Shown here one piece after another: positions 26,877-32,000 of a stretch of 32,000 nt of DNA. The stretch is from NCBI RefSeq assembly GCF_000007185.1, contig NC_003551.1, positions 1,380,001-1,412,000 on the forward strand, read 5' to 3'. Within the stretch, counting starts at the first letter, position 1; each line of letters begins with the position of its first letter. Made by a program: the position numbers and the translations under genes. The notes under the pieces were generated by a model. The model made no database searches. It was not told where the DNA came from and was given only the letters and a program-made list of their open reading frames with translations. The DNA comes from Methanopyrus kandleri AV19. GTDB taxonomy: Archaea; JAADCQ01; Methanopyri; Methanopyrales; Methanopyraceae.

Positions 26877-27622
26877 CCACGATCCCCCGGCTGAACTTCG
26901 GTAAGCTCCTTAAGCCTTTTCGAGATCCTCGAAATGGACTCGGTAGTCGTGGCCAGATTGATACCCTCTACCTCCGCGATCTTGATTCCAATGTCATCCA
27001 CCTCACTTTTATCAATACCATGTAGTACCACCGCGCTCGGTTTGACCCCCGCCGCCTTGATGGCCACCATCGGGGAGCGCCCTCGGTCGATCCTCGTGAA
27101 CACCAATACCCTGTTCGGGCACTCCCCGTACACCCGAATGAGGGACCGTGCGGGGACCTCCAGTATCGTCTTCACACTGTCGATCACCGTGTACCCGAAC
27201 ACATCCACGTTACCGTGATGGACCACGGGTTCCGCCTCGATTGCTTCATAGACCTCTTCGAGTTTTCTCGGGTAGGGGAACTCACCGATGCCGATTAAGG
27301 TGACTAGTAACTCCTCGCTGAACAGGACGTTCTCGAGCGCGGAGACGATGTTACCACCGCGCTCCTCGTCGATCTCTATAAGTGCTTCCACGAACTTCCG
27401 CACGGTGTCGACCCGAGGGGCTTTAGTCTTCCCAGTTTCGTACTCACTGATGACCGACGGTGACACGCCCATCCGCCTGGCGACCTCGACCTGTGAAGCG
27501 TGGAACACCTTCCGCCACTTCCTCATTACCTTCCCCGGGTGCTCCGACGCGGCGATGTCGCCGACGATCCTTTTTAGCACGAGGCTCCTCGGCAACGAGA
27601 TCACTCCCCGCGGGTGATTCAA
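26873..27622 (-). CDS. XRE-family HTH transcriptional regulator with a C-terminal domain of unknown function (COG1709-like)
   Basis: [47 protein letters not shown] is an HTH_3 module. Its 3' end overlaps the HMG-CoA synthase start by 4 nt. The start is ambiguous: TTG 27622, GTG 27604, TTG 27595 or GTG 27580. Confidence 0.8.
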
Positions 27623-29290
27623 GTGCTCGACGGAGGACTGACGCTGTTAGTACTCACCGCCCTGGCACTGTTCAGGGAGAGGAAGAAGCGGCCGCAAAAG
27701 GTCTCGGTGGTGATTCCGGCGTACAACGAAGAGAAGACTGTAGCTCGCGTAGTTCGGGCCGCGAAGGAATGCGACCTGGTTAACGAGGTAATAGTTGTAG
27801 ATGACGGTAGTGAGGATAGGACCGCGGAAGAGGCCGAAGCCGCCGGCGCCATCGTGATCTCGCACTCGGTAAACCGCGGCAAGGGAGAGGCGATGAAAAC
27901 CGGGCTAAAACACGCCTCCGGCGAGATCGTGGCCTTCGTGGATGCCGACATCAAGAACATTCGACCCGAGATGATCGAGAAGATGATCCGGCCCGTACTC
28001 GAGGGGGAGGCGGATCTCGTCAAGACCAAGTTCAAGCGCAAGGCGGGCAGGGTCACGCTCCTGACCGCCAAACCCCTACTGAGGTTCTTCTTCCCGGAGG
28101 TCGCGCACTTGGAGCAACCGCTCAGCGGACAGATCTGCGCCCGTAGGAAGCTGCTCGAGCGCGTCGACTTCGAGCCGGACTACGGTGTGGACATCGGTAT
28201 AATCCTCGACGCCGTAGCCCTCGGCGCCAGGATCGAGGAGGTGGACATCGGTGAGATCAAGCACGAGATGCAACCCCTGGAACGACTCCACCGGATGGCC
28301 CTCCAGGTCGTCCGGACGATCCTGGATCGGGCCCATAAGTACGGTCGTGTCGTCCTCAGGTGGAACGTCGGCAAAGCGCTCAACCGCATGAACCTGGGCG
28401 TGTCCCTGCTCGCCTTGGCCCTCGCCACCCTGTTCTACACGGAGCTCCCGTTGGCGAGCGTGCTGGCGCTGGGGATCCTGGGTCTGGGGATCGCACTGTT
28501 CTCCCTGGCCCAACTCGTCTACGAGCTCCTCCGCGTCGAGGGTAAGAAGCGGCGCATCCTCCGCCCGTTCCTCCACATGCACGCTTCCGTGATCATGTCG
28601 TTGGCGGTCGTCGCCGTGCTCGTCGGTGCGATGTTCTCGTCGATACAGATCGCCCACGACCGCGTCGAGGTCAACCCGCTACCCAGGAAGGTCGTCTGGG
28701 GAGAACGGGAGGTCAAAGCCGAAGGTCCGTACGTGGTGCAGTACGGTCGTGAGTTGAAGATGGGGAGGAACGTCCTCAAGGTGCTGGACCTGAAGCCCGA
28801 CGATGTCCTCGTTTACCAGCGGGGGGAGTACAGGGTCGAGAGCGCGGGCCGTGATAACCTGCTCATGGTCCCGACTGAACTGGCTCGACAGCTCGGGATC
28901 AAGCCGGGGAACGCCACGGACTCGGAGATACGGCTGGCGTTCCGAAACATCACGGTCAAGCGTAAGGTGGAGGGCCCGGACGTCAACATCCGGGTGACCG
29001 CGGTTCTGTCCGCGACCCCCGACCGCGCCGAGGCCTTGACGGTGTACGTGGACGGTAAGAAGGAGGCGTGGATTCCGGTGGCCACCAGGGGCGGATCCGT
29101 CTACGTGTACGTCTCGGGGTACGGGCTGATAAAGCTGGAAGACCGGAGTGTCGTCTACGTAGGCAACAGGGAGATCCTCCTGAAGCTCGAGGACACCGAC
29201 ATTGAGACGCTCCTCCTCGCTCCGGCCGAGCCGACACCCTTCGCGGTCATCGAGCTCAAGATGCCGTCGGTGAGGGCAGTGGTCGAATGA
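27614..29290 (+). CDS. Membrane glycosyltransferase: GT-A (GT2/GT81, GpgS-like) catalytic domain fused to TM helices and a beta-rich C-terminal domain
   Basis: N-terminal TM. VSVVIPAYNEE, VVDDGSEDRT, FVDADIKN (DxD). GRVTLLTAKPLL...EQPLSGQICARRKLL...DYGVDIGIILD closely parallels the GpgS motif RVTELVARPLL...QPLSGEYA..R.LL...GYGVEIGLLID. Then 3 TM helices and about 190 aa containing LLMVPTELARQLGIKPGN. Confidence 0.85.
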   Translation: MIQVLDGGLTLLVLTALALFRERKKRPQKVSVVIPAYNEEKTVARVVRAAKECDLVNEVIVVDDGSEDRTAEEAEAAGAIVISHSVNRGKGEAMKTGLKHASGEIVAFVDADIKNIRPEMIEKMIRPVLEGEADLVKTKFKRKAGRVTLLTAKPLLRFFFPEVAHLEQPLSGQICARRKLLERVDFEPDYGVDIGIILDAVALGARIEEVDIGEIKHEMQPLERLHRMALQVVRTILDRAHKYGRVVLRWNVGKALNRMNLGVSLLALALATLFYTELPLASVLALGILGLGIALFSLAQLVYELLRVEGKKRRILRPFLHMHASVIMSLAVVAVLVGAMFSSIQIAHDRVEVNPLPRKVVWGEREVKAEGPYVVQYGRELKMGRNVLKVLDLKPDDVLVYQRGEYRVESAGRDNLLMVPTELARQLGIKPGNATDSEIRLAFRNITVKRKVEGPDVNIRVTAVLSATPDRAEALTVYVDGKKEAWIPVATRGGSVYVYVSGYGLIKLEDRSVVYVGNREILLKLEDTDIETLLLAPAEPTPFAVIELKMPSVRAVVE

Positions 29291-30831
29291 GGGAGCTCCT
29301 CGCCGTCGAGCCGAGCCCGGGCGCCGACCTCCGCGTATGCCTCACGTACCCGAACGAGTACCGCGGTATGGCCTCCAACCTCGGATTCCACATCGTTCAC
29401 AGGATACTCGCCGGGATCCCCGGAGTTTCCGTGGAGCGTTCGTACGTGCCGACGGACGCCTACAAATCCCTCGATCCGAACCGCACCTTGGTGAGCCTGG
29501 AAACGGGCTCCCCACTGTCCGAGTTCGATATCGTCGGTTTCTCGCTACAGTTCGAGCTCGACTATCCCCACATGCTCGAGGCCCTGGTCATGGGTGGGAT
29601 CCCCCTCAGGCGCGAGGACCGCGACGAAAACGACCCACTGGTGCTCGTCGGCGGCCCCTGTACGGTGAATCCTAAACCGCTGGAACCGTACGTCGACGTG
29701 TTCTACGTCGGGGAGGCGGAAGCGGGTCTGGAAGAGGGTATCGAAGCCATCCTGACCGCCCGCGATCGCCGCGACGCCCTGGAGGAGCTGGCCGACCTCC
29801 CGGGTTTCTACGTCCCGGAGTACCCCGGCACCGTCGATCGAGTGACGGTGAACAATCTCGGCGGAACGGAGCCCCCGAAGATCGCCTTCGCCCCGGAAGA
29901 CACCGAACACACCGGTCTCCGCGCGTACCCTGTGGAGCTGGGGAGGGGTTGCCCCTACCGATGCGCGTTCTGCCTAGGGGGTTTCACCGCGGGACACATG
30001 CGCCACCGTCCGGTCGAGCAACTCCTAGAAGTACTCGAGGACGTCGAGAAGTCTCCCTACGACCGCGCGGCCATGATTTCCCCCTCCCCGACGCTACATC
30101 CCGAGTTCGAGGAAATACTGGAAGAATGCCTCGAGCGACATCTCGAGGTCTCACTACCGTCCACCAGGATCAACGACCTGGATCCCGAGCTGCTACCCGA
30201 ACTCAGGGAAGCGGGCGTCAGAACGCTCACGTTGGCCCCGGAGTCGGGGTCCGAGGACGTCCTCGAGTTCCTGAACAAACCCCTGCATCGGGATCACCTC
30301 CTCGAACTCGTGGAGGACGCGGGAAGACTCGGTATGCGGGTGAAGCTGTACTTCATCGTGGGGATCCCGGGATTCCCCCCCGAGGAGGACACCGTGGCAT
30401 CGGCGCGGCTGGCCCGCGAGTGCGCGGAACTCGCCGACGTCCGTGTCAGCGTCAACCCCCTGATCCCCAAGGCCTGCACACCGCTGCAGTACTCCGAGAT
30501 GCTGTCCGCACGGGAGATCAACCGTCGATACCGGCTGTTCGAGCGGGAATTCAGGGGACGCGTATCGTTCGAAGACCCCGAGTTAGCCCGCGCCCAGTGT
30601 CTGCTGTCCAGAGGGGACGTGGACGTCTCCCGGATCCTAGAGGAAGTACTGTGGAACGCTAGGAGTCCAGGGGCGTGGGCACGTGCGATGAGGTCTCATG
30701 GTGTCTCGATATCGCCCGACCGACCACCCGACGGTCCCGAAGACGTCCCCTACGACTTCGTTCGAGCGGGACCGGACCACGAGGAGCTTTACCGGCTCTT
30801 CACGTCACTTCAGTGCGCTCCCATGAAATGA
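29287..30831 (+). CDS. Radical SAM protein with an N-terminal B12-binding-like domain (COG1032, TIGR03960-like), function unknown
   Basis: ATGA overlap with the glycosyltransferase gene. CxxxCxxC = GRGCPYRCAFCLGG. The N-terminal LTYPNEYRGMASNLGFHIVHRIL...SEFDIVGFSLQFELDY...DPLVLVGGPCTVNP pattern matches that family. Confidence 0.9.
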   Translation: MRELLAVEPSPGADLRVCLTYPNEYRGMASNLGFHIVHRILAGIPGVSVERSYVPTDAYKSLDPNRTLVSLETGSPLSEFDIVGFSLQFELDYPHMLEALVMGGIPLRREDRDENDPLVLVGGPCTVNPKPLEPYVDVFYVGEAEAGLEEGIEAILTARDRRDALEELADLPGFYVPEYPGTVDRVTVNNLGGTEPPKIAFAPEDTEHTGLRAYPVELGRGCPYRCAFCLGGFTAGHMRHRPVEQLLEVLEDVEKSPYDRAAMISPSPTLHPEFEEILEECLERHLEVSLPSTRINDLDPELLPELREAGVRTLTLAPESGSEDVLEFLNKPLHRDHLLELVEDAGRLGMRVKLYFIVGIPGFPPEEDTVASARLARECAELADVRVSVNPLIPKACTPLQYSEMLSAREINRRYRLFEREFRGRVSFEDPELARAQCLLSRGDVDVSRILEEVLWNARSPGAWARAMRSHGVSISPDRPPDGPEDVPYDFVRAGPDHEELYRLFTSLQCAPMK

Positions 30832-31397
30832 GTCACGAGACCCACCAACCCTCCGATGGCGGCGGTCTCGCACCCGCGCAGGATGAGGTCCTTCTTCCTC
30901 TCCTTACAGAGTCGTCCCAGGTAGACCCCCAGCAGGAACAGGAAGATCCCGGAGACGCACGTGCAGGCGATCACGCTCCACTTCGGATCCTTGATGATCA
31001 GCACCGGGAGTATCGGCACCATGGAGGCCATGAAACTGGATCCTCCGTGGGAGACCACGCTCGTGTAGATCCGGATCCGAGCCAGATCGTGCACGCGGGT
31101 GTGTTCCAGACCACCCCGCTTCATTATCATTTGACGCTCTAGTTCCCGGATCTCGCGCAGTTCCTCGATCTTTTCACCCAGATAAGAGCCGAACCCGTTG
31201 GAGAGGGCGAGCGCCACCGCCACGCTGAGCCCGGCGCTCGCCGCGTCCTGCGCCGAACCGCCACGGGCCACCACGCTGAGCACGGCACCCATACTCGCCA
31301 GTACACCGTCCATGGATCCCAACGCCATGTAGCGCCCGGTCGCCAGAGCCTCCTTAAGCACCCTCCTCAGCAGCTCCTTCCGGTTCAACGGTGACAC
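30810..31397 (-). CDS. VIT1/CCC1-family (DUF125) membrane protein, putative Fe/Mn transporter
   Basis: 195 aa. GSMDGVLASMGAVLSV and ALSNGFGSYLGEK resemble the family G.nDGl....l..G and SMa.GEYlS motifs. Central amphipathic helix and C-terminal TM helices. Confidence 0.75.
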   Translation of the reverse strand: MSPLNRKELLRRVLKEALATGRYMALGSMDGVLASMGAVLSVVARGGSAQDAASAGLSVAVALALSNGFGSYLGEKIEELREIRELERQMIMKRGGLEHTRVHDLARIRIYTSVVSHGGSSFMASMVPILPVLIIKDPKWSVIACTCVSGIFLFLLGVYLGRLCKERKKDLILRGCETAAIGGLVGLVTHFMGAH

Positions 31398-31403
31398 TAA
31401 CCC

Positions 31404-31694
31404 TTAGTCGTCTTGTGGTGTCTTTACCTCCTCGACGATCCGAGATCCGGCTACCACCTCGTCTATGCTGTGGATGGCGCCTCCCATGTCCTCGATCAGG
31501 TCCTTTATCCGCTCGAAGTCAAGATCCGGTCCCTCTACCGTGACCTTCACGTTCTCGACGTCGCGGTCCACCTCGACCAGGACTATGTTGACGCCGTCGA
31601 CTCCCTCCAGCTTCGCCAGCGAGCGCGCCAGCTCCGTGGTATCGGGTTCCATCGGCTTCATAACGTCCAGTACCAACCTCCGGATCTTAGCCAT
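31404..31694 (-). CDS. DUF211-family small protein
   Basis: 96 aa from ATG 31694. MAKIRRLVLDVMKPMEPDTTELARSLAKLEGVDGVNIVLVEVDRDVENVKVTVEG...GGAIHSIDEVVAG matches the DUF211 pattern. The ORF-track start 31775 adds implausible residues. Confidence 0.8.
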   Translation of the reverse strand: MAKIRRLVLDVMKPMEPDTTELARSLAKLEGVDGVNIVLVEVDRDVENVKVTVEGPDLDFERIKDLIEDMGGAIHSIDEVVAGSRIVEEVKTPQDD

Positions 31695-31725
31695 GGGAGA
31701 CCCCCTTCGGAGAGGGTGATGGAGT

Positions 31726-32000
31726 TTGAGCACGTGGCACCCACGACCTGGACCCATCCCGGCAGCCATGTACACGCTTCGGGATCTTCTCGCGGATGCC
31801 GTGGTGCTCCACGGACCTAAAGGATGTTGCTTCCGGACCGCACGCCTGCTCGAGAAGGACGGCGTCCGGGTGTTCGTGACCGGGATGGAGGAGGATGACT
31901 TCGTGTTCGGGGCCCTGGAAAAGCTCGTCGAACTCCTCGAGTACGTGGAGGAGCGCCTCGAACCGGAGCTGATCGGGGTCGTCGGAACGTGCGTCTCGTC
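31726..32000 (+). CDS. cfbD: Nitrogenase component-1-like oxidoreductase, NflD/CfbD-like (Ni-sirohydrochlorin a,c-diamide reductive cyclase subunit), 5' partial
   Basis: Open to the window edge, so absent from the ORF track. TTG 31726 gives [52 protein letters not shown]...VVGTCVS. HGPxGC and VGTC are hallmarks of the NifD/E/NflD family. ATG 31768 is the alternative start. Confidence 0.6.
   Translation, partial: MSTWHPRPGPIPAAMYTLRDLLADAVVLHGPKGCCFRTARLLEKDGVRVFVTGMEEDDFVFGALEKLVELLEYVEERLEPELIGVVGTCVS

Overview
High-GC archaeal chromosomal segment. Hand counts give about 67% G+C in typical genes, and the predicted proteins are very acidic. It encodes an [Fe]-hydrogenase (Hmd) paralogue, an NflD/CfbD-like nitrogenase-family fragment, an archaeal class I CCA-adding enzyme and a selenocysteine-containing SelD with a 3'-UTR archaeal SECIS. 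Together these point to a hyperthermophilic hydrogenotrophic methanogen, most plausibly Methanopyrus kandleri (inference only, no search was run). Most of the window is tightly packed housekeeping, with ATGA/TGATG start-stop overlaps and convergent 3' overlaps: leuS; an hmd paralogue-cca-thpR run; an AAA ATPase; selD; thyA; pdxS; cbiF-cbiG-cbiH; the DUF35/thiolase/HMG-CoA synthase mevalonate operon with an XRE-HTH gene; a GT81-like membrane glycosyltransferase coupled to a radical SAM gene; VIT1 plus DUF211. Main leads: (1) a low-GC trough (about 35% G+C at its lowest) between pdxS and cbiF holds a three-gene cassette of an MglA-like small GTPase, a 310-aa orphan protein and a 3-TM protein. 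This is the best candidate for an undescribed GTPase-switch module. (2) selD is truncated in the ORF track by an in-frame TGA, and a textbook archaeal SECIS hairpin starts 1 nt after its stop codon. (3) The first 9.7 kb looks like a decaying accessory region. It has two lineage-specific membrane-protein paralogues with frame disruptions at different sites, a large GT-C/YfhO-like membrane protein broken into three frames, and three long stretches without convincing coding. (4) The Hmd paralogue sits among tRNA-related genes. Many long shadow ORFs antisense to or out of frame with real genes are rejected as high-GC artefacts.
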